Below, one piece after another: positions 26,091-33,815 of a stretch of DNA of 40,966 nt. Each line of letters opens with the position of its first letter. The first letter of the stretch is position 1. The stretch is from IMG/VR virus record IMGVR_UViG_3300032320_000653, positions 1-40,966 of that record. The stretch is one strand, 5' to 3'. The position numbers and the translations under genes were made by a program. This DNA is from a virus. Taxonomy: Duplodnaviria; Caudoviricetes. The notes below the pieces were generated by a model. That model searched no databases, was not told where the DNA came from, and worked only from the letters and a program-made list of their open reading frames with translations.

Positions 26091-26326
26091 TTGTGTACCC
26101 AAAAAATATGTTCTTCGATTCGTCGTCCTAATCCTGCCACGTCTATTGTGGGTGGCTTAGATGAGAACGTGCTTAGTACGTGCAGCTTATCCTGCACCCA
26201 TTTCGGCAATGCTTCTATTGATTCATATACACCTTCCTGTAGTGGATCCATGTCAAGGGCATAACAAAGGGACTCCACGTGGGCATGTCCCTTGTCATCG
26301 AATTCAACTCGATAAGTTATTGTCAT
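26087..26326 (-). CDS. Hypothetical protein similar to the C-terminus of the upstream 353-aa protein
   Basis: LPKWVQDKLHVL...VAGLGRRIEEHIFWV; ATGA overlaps. Confidence 0.7.
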   Translation of the reverse strand: MTITYRVEFDDKGHAHVESLCYALDMDPLQEGVYESIEALPKWVQDKLHVLSTFSSKPPTIDVAGLGRRIEEHIFWVHK

Positions 26327-27384
26327 GTAGTGCTATCGCTCTCCAGTTCCTCAATGTAAAACAAATTATTTGCAACCTTGTACCCGATGTTTGGCACGTA
26401 CTGGTTAATGTCTAGCGTGTCAGCCACAGCCAACTTGCCAAGCAACCACGCCGGAACCTCGTGCTCTGCAATCCAAGTCGTAAGCGTCATGTTCTTGTCC
26501 TCCCACGTCGCATCCGGCATAGTCCACACACCGTTATGTTCAACATGTGGGATACGTGCCCCTTTATATGTAGGACCGCGCTCCTTTACTTGGACGTACA
26601 CGCACCACGTCACCTTACAACGATTTGCTGCTTGAGCGTATTCTTTTTTGCGTTCTGCCACCATTTTAATATTCTCGTACCACGTCACATCCTCGGGCTT
26701 GCGATCACTCTCGGCCTGTCCGTTCAAGTAAACTTCCAATGCGGGTAGCGTAGTAGATACTAGCTGGTCGGTGATGCGGTTCAGCTCCGAAACCTCTAGC
26801 CTGTTATAACCATGCTTACCAAACAAAGAGATTACCCGCGCCTCTCGCAAGTTATGATCTGCCAAGTCAACATCAACTTCTTGGTGTCTTATCAGACCCT
26901 CCCTGAAGTGCTTGCCCATCTCTAAGGCATTGTGCTGTAGCAGGTACGTGTTGGCATTTACAATTGCTACGTCTAACTTTTCTGTAGCAACCATTAGATG
27001 TTGGGCTTTGTCCTTGGTGAACTTGTTGTTGGCAATGCGACGGGACGCAATCGTATATCGGTTCCGGCCTTCCCCCTTCACTGATCCCCAAGCACCGTAG
27101 CCGATTACGCCACGTGCAAACGGTTCGCCCTCGTAGTACACGTATACGTACGCATAGGGACCATCTGATTTAGGGAAGTATGGGAGAAACTTCGCACTCT
27201 TACTCTGGCGTTTGAATGCACGGACGAATTCGCAGGTACGGGTGTGTGCGTTGAACGTACCAAGCTCAGTCGTTATCCAATGTCCGTCCATTGGTAATGC
27301 CGGTGTAGATGCAAAGTAGATCTTGGCTTGCCGCTCGATATCTTCCACTCTCATCCACAATGCTGCTTCTAATGCTGTCGTCAT
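26323..27384 (-). CDS. Hypothetical early protein
   Basis: 353-aa ORF preceded by the palindrome and the ACCTTGGAG leader. Confidence 0.8.
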   Translation of the reverse strand: MTTALEAALWMRVEDIERQAKIYFASTPALPMDGHWITTELGTFNAHTRTCEFVRAFKRQSKSAKFLPYFPKSDGPYAYVYVYYEGEPFARGVIGYGAWGSVKGEGRNRYTIASRRIANNKFTKDKAQHLMVATEKLDVAIVNANTYLLQHNALEMGKHFREGLIRHQEVDVDLADHNLREARVISLFGKHGYNRLEVSELNRITDQLVSTTLPALEVYLNGQAESDRKPEDVTWYENIKMVAERKKEYAQAANRCKVTWCVYVQVKERGPTYKGARIPHVEHNGVWTMPDATWEDKNMTLTTWIAEHEVPAWLLGKLAVADTLDINQYVPNIGYKVANNLFYIEELESDSTT

Positions 27385-27441
27385 GTCATTACTCCAAGGT
27401 TGTTAGGGACGCCCTAACAAGGCGTCCACTTATCTATTTAA

Positions 27442-27624
27442 TTACAACGTAACCGGCTCAGTCTGCTCGACCTCAATCACATAGCCCAATCGTTTGATCA
27501 AGTCGATGGTCATTGAAGTCAGGGTCGAATGCCCTGCAATACGGGCAAACAACTTAGCATCATCACACACAGGGTATACGGTACGGTTCCCGTATACGTT
27601 CCTCACTCTGACTACTATCTTCAT
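27442..27624 (-). CDS. Small hypothetical phage protein
   Basis: Start moved to ATG 27624 (SD GGAGG); VRNVYG...YPVC..AKLFA.IAG..TLT...IKRLGY. Confidence 0.75.
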   Translation of the reverse strand: MKIVVRVRNVYGNRTVYPVCDDAKLFARIAGHSTLTSMTIDLIKRLGYVIEVEQTEPVTL

Positions 27625-27625
27625 C

Positions 27626-27865
27626 TCATGGCCTCCCATCTTTGCCAACCCAACCCATGCCAACGTAATCACTAGGATCTTCGTGGTAGTGAGCATTCAA
27701 CACCATGTGTACGCTATAGGCGTTGCCGCTCCTACTCATACCCTGTGCTTCTGCATACGCATGGGCCTCCTTCTCGTCATCGAATAACCCGTACACCTGC
27801 ACGGGTTCGTGCTTGAAGAAATTTAAGATCACCCACTTGCCTGTTTCTTCACTGTTCTCGTTCAT
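27626..27865 (-). CDS. Hypothetical protein
   Basis: 79 aa, SD GGAGG. Confidence 0.65.
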   Translation of the reverse strand: MNENSEETGKWVILNFFKHEPVQVYGLFDDEKEAHAYAEAQGMSRSGNAYSVHMVLNAHYHEDPSDYVGMGWVGKDGRP

Positions 27866-27866
27866 C

Positions 27867-28019
27867 TCACACCTCCGTTGCGTCTAGTTCAGCAACCGCG
27901 TCCTTCACCATCTGCGGTGTCAGTGCGACTAGCCAGTCTGTTACCATGTCCAGATACGCTGGGTTCTCTATCAAGAACACCAACTCGTAACGTATTACTT
28001 TGCGTTTATCTTCGTCCAT
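27867..28019 (-). CDS. Small hypothetical protein (50 aa)
   Basis: Start at ATG 28019 after SD GGAGGT, 1 nt after the vWA gene stop. Confidence 0.6.
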   Translation of the reverse strand: MDEDKRKVIRYELVFLIENPAYLDMVTDWLVALTPQMVKDAVAELDATEV

Positions 28020-28020
28020 C

Positions 28021-29361
28021 TCACACCTCCACATGTACGGTGCGGCCCACGGTCGGAGTCGCACTCGGGTTATCTGCAATCGCCCACACCACGGGACAGG
28101 GCCACGTACCCCATCCGGCATAGAGATCACCATCTGTTAAGACAATCGCAACGTCGGGCTTGATCCCATACTGTTGCATGTACTGTGTTACGCAGTTCAC
28201 ATCCGTACCCCCGCCACCCTTGGGCTTAGTACACTTGACGATATCCTGCACCTCACTACCTCGATACACCTCCTCACTACATACCTCCGTGTCCCAGTAG
28301 ATGACACGTACTACTTCTGGCTTGATAGCTGCTGCAATCTTCGCCATTTCCCCCAGAAAGACAGACTGCAAGGAATCTCCGATACTGCCTGACATGTCAT
28401 TTGCAATGACCATCTCCTTGATGGTCTGACTGTACGTGCTAGGCATATACACGTCCTCCATCTCGCCATTGACCTCGACCTGCTGACCCATGAACCTACG
28501 GTTGGGACGCACCCACGTCTGATACTCAGTACCCGGACACATAGCCGTAAGGATCTCGCGCAACTCGTCTTCCCACCGGACCTTGGACTGCAAGATGTCC
28601 TTGATCACACGACTACCACCCGTCCCTGCTTTGCTAGCCATAAGCTCAGTCTCACGCAAGGCCGTGTCGATCTGCTCCGCTAGTTCCTCTTGCTCCTGCT
28701 TGGTTAGTTCTTGGGCACCTTCCCAATCGTGCTCGTCGAACCCTTGTTGCTTGTCCTTATGCTTGGGCTTGCTTGGTTTGCCTTGTCCGGGTTGTGTTTG
28801 CCCCCCGTCCTCGCCGTCCTCTCCATCCATGTCTTGCTCGCCATCGCTTGGCTTGCCGCTATCTTGTTCATTACTTGGAGTGCCTTCATCCGTCCCTTCG
28901 GCATCTTCTTGCTCCTGTTCTTGCTCCTTGCGAAGCAACTTGTAGATTTGCTTGCTGTTCAAGCCAGCGAACCGCTCGTCCAACATCCCGCCCTTGGGCA
29001 TCACGATCCACCCATCCGTACCGTAGTCGTTGGTCAACCACAAATTAAGATAGTAGTCACAAGCACGGTTGGCACAATCGGGGTCCTCCTCGTGAAGCTC
29101 TGACCAAGTAGTCAGATGTTGCAACATCTTGTGCCCCACCTCGTGCATGATCAGGAACCGCAACTCGGGATCGGACAGAGACTTGACGAACGCCCGCCCA
29201 TACCACTCGTCCCGGCCATTCGTTCGTGCAGTCGGGCAGTCCTCGACTACCTCCTTCTTACCGATCTGTAAGACACCACGGAACTCGGGTGCTTTCTCAA
29301 GGATGTCACCGCACGCCTTCTTGACGCGCTGCTCCTCAGTTAGTTTAGCGAAGATACTCAT
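28021..29361 (-). CDS. DUF2201-type HExxH metallopeptidase-like domain + vWA domain protein
   Basis: PTARTNG, HEVGH, NRACD, acidic linker, MIDAS DMSGS, GGGGTD, LTDG. Confidence 0.88.
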   Translation of the reverse strand: MSIFAKLTEEQRVKKACGDILEKAPEFRGVLQIGKKEVVEDCPTARTNGRDEWYGRAFVKSLSDPELRFLIMHEVGHKMLQHLTTWSELHEEDPDCANRACDYYLNLWLTNDYGTDGWIVMPKGGMLDERFAGLNSKQIYKLLRKEQEQEQEDAEGTDEGTPSNEQDSGKPSDGEQDMDGEDGEDGGQTQPGQGKPSKPKHKDKQQGFDEHDWEGAQELTKQEQEELAEQIDTALRETELMASKAGTGGSRVIKDILQSKVRWEDELREILTAMCPGTEYQTWVRPNRRFMGQQVEVNGEMEDVYMPSTYSQTIKEMVIANDMSGSIGDSLQSVFLGEMAKIAAAIKPEVVRVIYWDTEVCSEEVYRGSEVQDIVKCTKPKGGGGTDVNCVTQYMQQYGIKPDVAIVLTDGDLYAGWGTWPCPVVWAIADNPSATPTVGRTVHVEV

Positions 29362-29434
29362 GTCATTACTCCTTGGTTGTTAGGGATTCCCTAACTGGGT
29401 ATCCCTTCGTGTTGTTTAGTTTAGTCGTGTTCTG

Positions 29435-30541
29435 TTACTGATCCTTACGGAGCATGTAAGCATTCTTCAATGCCCATGCCGTATACCCGGGGCTTGTGAC
29501 CACGATTTGCTGCCGCTTCTCGTCATACGACTTGGCAGTCACACCCTTGCTGAACATCGCCTGCTCTTCCTCGGGCAAGCGTCCAAGGTATGTCATCCAA
29601 GGATCAATGAACTCACGGTCCACCATGCCCAACACTTTCGTGATGATCATGCACCGTACTGCCTGAGACGTAGGAACCTTGGCAGTCATTGGGTCTGCTT
29701 TAATGGATGCAATGGTCGGCATCTGCTGACTTGTCTTGTACCAAATCAGTAGGCCAGCGGCGGCATCGGGTCCGAAAGTGCCTGTCAACGCAGCAATAAG
29801 GGTTTGCTGATCGATAAGATCGGGGTTCTCCTCTGCTTCAATGAGGATGTCAGATGCAGCATGGATAGAGCGACCCGTACAGAACGATTCGCGTTGCTGT
29901 TTTGGGTGAAAGATATACGGGTTATCTTTCGGGTCCTTGACCTCATCGAAGTCGGCGAACACTTGGGGCGTCTCGTTTACCCACCTCGTAACAGCAGGGT
30001 GAATACCCGCATTGATTGCGAAGTGCTCGATCCACTCCTCTGCTGTAGAGGTGCGGGTTTCAATGATTATGATTCGATTCCTAGCATGGGCAGGAATCAA
30101 GTCACCGAGTCCTTCGCTTGCCTTGTTAGTGGTAGCAAACAAGATGGTGTCCTTGTGCAACTCGATACCACCCGGGCCGATACGCTCAAGCATCAGACGA
30201 AGCATGCCCTTGAGCACCCCCGGGTCGGCCTTGCCGAGTTCGTCGATCATGAGTATGAGGGGTTTACGCAAGTGGAGGCCAAGCTCCTCGTGAGGTACGA
30301 ACGTAACGTACCCTTGTGAGTCAATGCTTGCCATGCGAGGCATAGACAAGTCCCCGGGCATCTTGGTGGTGCAATCGAAATACACCATCAGGTGGTTGGG
30401 GTAACGCTTGCCAAGCGTTTTCAGGGTTGACGATTTGCCCGAACCCATCGGGCCGCGCAGGAGGACCGTGCGCTTCTTGCCCATTACGGCGATGAAGTTA
30501 GATGCTTGCAGAAGGGAGAGCTTGTTAGCGAAAGCGTTCAT
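29435..30541 (-). CDS. MoxR-like AAA+ ATPase
   Basis: Walker A GPMGSGKS, Walker B MIDE, sensor-1 ATTN, ARNR; start at ATG 30541 after CCTTGGAG; adjacent to the vWA gene. Confidence 0.88.
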   Translation of the reverse strand: MNAFANKLSLLQASNFIAVMGKKRTVLLRGPMGSGKSSTLKTLGKRYPNHLMVYFDCTTKMPGDLSMPRMASIDSQGYVTFVPHEELGLHLRKPLILMIDELGKADPGVLKGMLRLMLERIGPGGIELHKDTILFATTNKASEGLGDLIPAHARNRIIIIETRTSTAEEWIEHFAINAGIHPAVTRWVNETPQVFADFDEVKDPKDNPYIFHPKQQRESFCTGRSIHAASDILIEAEENPDLIDQQTLIAALTGTFGPDAAAGLLIWYKTSQQMPTIASIKADPMTAKVPTSQAVRCMIITKVLGMVDREFIDPWMTYLGRLPEEEQAMFSKGVTAKSYDEKRQQIVVTSPGYTAWALKNAYMLRKDQ

Positions 30542-30631
30542 GTGAAACTCCAAGGTAAAAATAAATATAAGTAAGCAAACAAGGAACAAACAGGGAGTTT
30601 GTTAGGGACTCCCTAACCCAAAACAAAACAA

Positions 30632-31549
30632 TCAATTAAAGTCAATGCTCGGCAGATCACGGATGATCTGATCGACACCACGCTTCACGTCATCACGCAC
30701 TAGCGGGTCGTGCTTCAACGCATCGACCGAAACACCATCGAGCATGTCCTCGATCTTGCGTCGCAAGCTCGCAATCTGGGAGTCTTCGCCTAGACCGAAG
30801 ATGTCAGCCATAGGCAGGATGTCCAAGACATTGGACAAGATGTTGCTGTGCATGCGCTTGCCGTTAGACTTCTCGCCCTCGGGTGCAGGGACAAGTTTGG
30901 ATGAGATGTTAGATAGAGCGGCGACAAGACGGTCCTTGAAGTCGCCTACCATGTTGCCGATAAGCTCCTGATAGTGCCGCTCGTACTGCTCCTTTTGCTC
31001 GACCAACGCTTGGTTGTTGATGTCGATGCGCCAGTCACCCGCTTCGGGCATGTTGCACGTACGAATCTCAATGCTGAACTTGCGACGCATCTCGTCCAAG
31101 CTGAAGTAGTCTGCCGCGTTGTACAGGTCACCGAGTTTGATCGGTGCTTGCGACAACTCCCACTCGTACACGTCGAAGAACGCTTCGCACAGGCGCTTGT
31201 GCTCGGCAAGCTCGGGGTCCATCTTGTCCATGTAACGTGTTAGCCCCATCGTAGGCATAGCGCGAAGCTCGCCCATCCAGTCGAACGTCAACTCGTAGTG
31301 CAACAAGCGAGCACGTGCAATGTGCTTCTTGATAGCGTCAAGCTCCGCGCAGTTGGGGAGCAACTTCTTGCTCACAGTTGCCGAACCGGTTTCGGCATTG
31401 TTTCTGGACGTTACGTCTGCCGTAGCAGACTTATCCTTGACAGTACCCTGCCAGTAGCTAGCCTTGAAGATCACCAACATCCCGCTCCGTGCGAGGGAAG
31501 GGAATTTAACGTCGGCGGGTTTCGCAAGGGTCATATTCAAACAGTTCAT
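30632..31549 (-). CDS. DUF3150-like protein
   Basis: MLV...SYWQG..KD...SKKLL pattern, helical C-terminus, position next to the MoxR/vWA pair; start at ATG 31549. Confidence 0.55.
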   Translation of the reverse strand: MNCLNMTLAKPADVKFPSLARSGMLVIFKASYWQGTVKDKSATADVTSRNNAETGSATVSKKLLPNCAELDAIKKHIARARLLHYELTFDWMGELRAMPTMGLTRYMDKMDPELAEHKRLCEAFFDVYEWELSQAPIKLGDLYNAADYFSLDEMRRKFSIEIRTCNMPEAGDWRIDINNQALVEQKEQYERHYQELIGNMVGDFKDRLVAALSNISSKLVPAPEGEKSNGKRMHSNILSNVLDILPMADIFGLGEDSQIASLRRKIEDMLDGVSVDALKHDPLVRDDVKRGVDQIIRDLPSIDFN

Positions 31550-31566
31550 ATCAAGCTCCAAGGTTT

Positions 31567-31670
31567 GTTAGGGTTTCCCTAACTTGATTTCGTTTCGTCG
31601 GTCTGTCCAGTGGGCGAATTCCCACTGAACATATATTATACCACAGTCTGTCGTGAAAGTCAATGTTTCC
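31567..31670 (-). repeat. ~100-bp promoter-hairpin-palindrome direct repeat, copy B
   Basis: 36-nt identity (31608-31643 vs 32153-32188), 16-nt identity (31655-31670 vs 32200-32215) and a shared palindrome. Confidence 0.92.
31635..31663 (-). promoter_or_regulatory. Strong sigma70-type early promoter (copy B)
   Basis: TTGACT (31663-31658), 17 bp, TATAAT (31640-31635) with extended TGn. Confidence 0.9.
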
Positions 31671-31813
31671 TAACGGATAGGTAAAAAGACACACTTACCC
31701 ACATCGCACCCACCGAGCAATCCTTCAAGGAACAGGATGCCCAACAGGGTGACGAGAGCGTAAGCGGCAGTTACTAGCACCAGCATCTTGGCGAACTCTT
31801 TCCATGTATTCAT
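31670..31813 (-). CDS. Small putative membrane protein (47 aa)
   Basis: Manually translated: MNTWKEFAKMLVLVTAAYALVTLLGILFLEGLLGGCDVGKCVFLPIR*; SD AGGAG; one hydrophobic helix. Confidence 0.7.
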   Translation of the reverse strand: MNTWKEFAKMLVLVTAAYALVTLLGILFLEGLLGGCDVGKCVFLPIR

Positions 31814-31849
31814 TGCGTTACTCCTAGTTGGTTAGATGGTTAGGGTGAA

Positions 31850-32086
31850 TTAAAGAGTGGGTATGAACTTGGGGTTGAGTTGCTTGAGCATGGTGCGGTC
31901 GCTGATAAGCATGTAGTTGGATTTGGACATCGGTGCGACCGTGAAATTCACGGCGTTCGCCAACTCCTCCCCGCATGGGAGGCAAGTGCGGTATCCGATT
32001 GCCTTGCGCTTGGGCGAGAAGTTGTCGCCGCATACACGGCAGACGGGACGGATTTTGAACTCGGTGTTCTTAACTGCGTTTTTCAT
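31850..32086 (-). CDS. C4 zinc-finger protein (loosely DksA/TraR-finger-like)
   Basis: CRVCG...R...CLPC (C-x2-C-x15-C-x2-C); ACCTTGGAG leader. Confidence 0.75.
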   Translation of the reverse strand: MKNAVKNTEFKIRPVCRVCGDNFSPKRKAIGYRTCLPCGEELANAVNFTVAPMSKSNYMLISDRTMLKQLNPKFIPTL

Positions 32087-32116
32087 AATTACTCCAAGGT
32101 TTGTGTTGCATGTCTT

Positions 32117-32215
32117 GTTAGGGATTCCCTAACTTGGTTTCGGTCGTTGTCTCAGTGGGCGAATTCCCACTGAACATATATTATACCATACTATGGTACG
32201 AAAGTCAATGTTTCC
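32117..32215 (-). repeat. ~100-bp promoter-hairpin-palindrome direct repeat, copy A
   Basis: Matches 31567-31670 as described for copy B. Confidence 0.92.
32180..32208 (-). promoter_or_regulatory. Strong sigma70-type early promoter (copy A)
   Basis: TTGACT (32208-32203), 17 bp, TATAAT (32185-32180) with extended TGn. Confidence 0.9.
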
Positions 32216-32376
32216 AGATGGGGTGTTCAGTTCTGTTATCAGGGGTGGTGTGGGTGTTGAGTTTCTTGAAGTACGTATGCACCTTTCGTGATTTGGGGTG
32301 GTAGCGGTGTGTGGTTTGGTGATAGCTATGTGGTGTCGGAGTAGACTGTTCCATACTGTTCCGTTGGGGGGGTCTG

Positions 32377-32389
32377 CAAGTCCTTGATT
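32377..32389 (-). promoter_or_regulatory. IHF consensus site
   Basis: - strand AATCAAGGACTTG fits WATCAANNNNTTR, with an A/T-rich 5' flank. Confidence 0.5.
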
Positions 32390-32704
32390 TTAAATATTGT
32401 TCCAATATCGCAAAAGTTCGTTTCATAGGAGCGGGATCTTGGGAAAAAGTTGTGGAGGGTGAAAAGCGAACATTGCCCGGGGGTGGGGGGCAGCGGCGTC
32501 CCGTAGTCAAAAGTACCTCTACGTCAAACCGAACTTTCAGTACAATATAGTTTAGTTTAGTTTATTATCTATTTATATTCAAAAAACGGGTGATTTCCTG
32601 CAATTCCCACACCACCACTAAGTCGGATTTGTCACGAAACATATTGTTCCTGATGTGTTCGTTTTTTGGTTTTGGAAACCGAACAGTTGCCGTGGTGGGC
32701 GACC

Positions 32705-32886
32705 CGCTGCTCTTGTAACTGGCTTCACTTTGTTAGGGCGTTCCCTAACAAAAAATGAAACAGCGTTCCACTTACACCTGACTGTCAGAAACCACATAAG
32801 CCATACCACATAGCTGTCACTAAACCACACATGGGCGGCACGCTGCTCTTGTAACTGGCTTCTTTTTTGTTAGGGAGTTACCTAAC
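32705..32886. repeat. Direct repeat CGCTGCTCTTGTAACTGGCTTC, each copy followed by a palindrome
   Basis: Exact 22-mer at 32705-32726 and 32841-32862. Confidence 0.92.
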
Positions 32887-32951
32887 ATAGTTAGTAGTAG
32901 GCTCGGCCCTGTTAGGGAATCCCTAACACGACATGCACAAAAGTGCAGACG

Positions 32952-32978
32952 AAAAAAAAACCCCGACCGAAGCCGGGG
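32952..32978 (-). terminator. Intrinsic terminator (second of a tandem pair)
   Basis: CCCCGGC-UUCG-GUCGGGG followed by U9. Confidence 0.9.
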
Positions 32979-32996
32979 TGTGCGAAAACGCGGACG

Positions 32997-33021
32997 AAAA
33001 AAAACCCGCCGAAGCGGGTTT
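32997..33021 (-). terminator. Intrinsic terminator (first of a tandem pair)
   Basis: CCCGC-UUCG-GCGGG followed by U8. Confidence 0.9.
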
Positions 33022-33040
33022 GAAGGTAGAGCGTAGGATG

Positions 33041-33253
33041 TTAGCTGCGTGCGGGTTTTTCAATTTTGATTTCGTCGTTTGATTTCCAAACTTGTGCCAC
33101 TAGTTTTTCGTCTGCGTCGTCAACGGTGACGGTGATAACCGGACCGGATGCGGTGAACCGAACCGAATACTTTCGTTCTGCGGTTCCGAATTTACTGACT
33201 GCGCGACTCATGAGTGTGACCAGATCGTCGGTGTGGCGGTGAATGTGATACAT
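33041..33253 (-). CDS. Small hypothetical early protein
   Basis: 70 aa, CCTTGGAG leader, followed by the double terminator. Confidence 0.7.
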   Translation of the reverse strand: MYHIHRHTDDLVTLMSRAVSKFGTAERKYSVRFTASGPVITVTVDDADEKLVAQVWKSNDEIKIEKPARS

Positions 33254-33268
33254 GTTAACTCCAAGGGT

Positions 33269-33295
33269 AAAAAACCCGGGACCACGTGGCCCCGG
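33269..33295 (-). terminator. Intrinsic terminator after the first early gene
   Basis: CCGGGGCC-ACGU-GGUCCCGG followed by GUUUUUU. Confidence 0.75.
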
Positions 33296-33320
33296 AGAAT
33301 GTTAGGGAATCCCTAACAGG

Positions 33321-33815
33321 TTAGATTGCGGACTTGGCGGACTTCAGACTTGCGACTGCTTTCGCAGGATCAGCGATCCCGTTTTCCGTTTTCTGGATCT
33401 GCTCGATCAGATCCTCGATCTTCTTGCGAAGCCGGTCTCCGACTGTTGTCGTCTGACGTGGTGTCGAGTCTTCGGCTTTTTCGCGCCGAACGAGAGCGGC
33501 TTTCAGATCCTTGATCTTCGATCCGATCTGTTGTTGCCAATAACGCTTGGTCATTTTCTTCCCTTCGTCGAGCGACTTGGTGTCAGTCGCAAGCAGGGTT
33601 TGAATCGTGGCGCTGAATCCGAGGATGATCGCGGGTTTCAATTCACCATCGTAGAAGGAACGATCAGCACCCTTAGCAGGGGCATCGAGCATTTCGGACG
33701 TGATAGCGTCGGCGCGAAGATTGTCGACGGCGCGAACCCGATCTCGATCATTCCCAACGGACGACGACACGAACTTGGTGACGGACTCGACGGACTTAGT
33801 GGACATGCGTGCCAT
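33321..33815 (-). CDS. First gene of the early arm, helical hypothetical protein
   Basis: Start moved to ATG 33815 after ACCTTGGAG; 164 aa; a palindrome lies on each side. Confidence 0.8.
   Translation of the reverse strand: MARMSTKSVESVTKFVSSSVGNDRDRVRAVDNLRADAITSEMLDAPAKGADRSFYDGELKPAIILGFSATIQTLLATDTKSLDEGKKMTKRYWQQQIGSKIKDLKAALVRREKAEDSTPRQTTTVGDRLRKKIEDLIEQIQKTENGIADPAKAVASLKSAKSAI

Larger units (their letters stand above)
32220..32940. other. Non-coding origin-like control region
   Basis: No credible ORF; 29-bp inverted repeat, IHF-consensus match, AT-rich tract at about 32541-32586, multiple GTTC/GAAC words, three palindrome copies. Confidence 0.45.

Noticed and set aside
29414-32561. 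GTTTAGTTTAGT at 29414 and 32550
   Set aside because: A low-complexity 12-mer seen only twice; not enough to call a site.
32205-32830. ORFs 32205-32510 and 32618-32830
   Set aside because: No SD, low-complexity translations, and overlap with the promoter, inverted repeats and palindromes; treated as non-coding.
32732-32927. TTAGGG/CCCTAA as telomeric repeats or a protelomerase site
   Set aside because: The hexamers occur once per arm of short inverted repeats, never in tandem, and no protelomerase or tyrosine recombinase ORF is visible.
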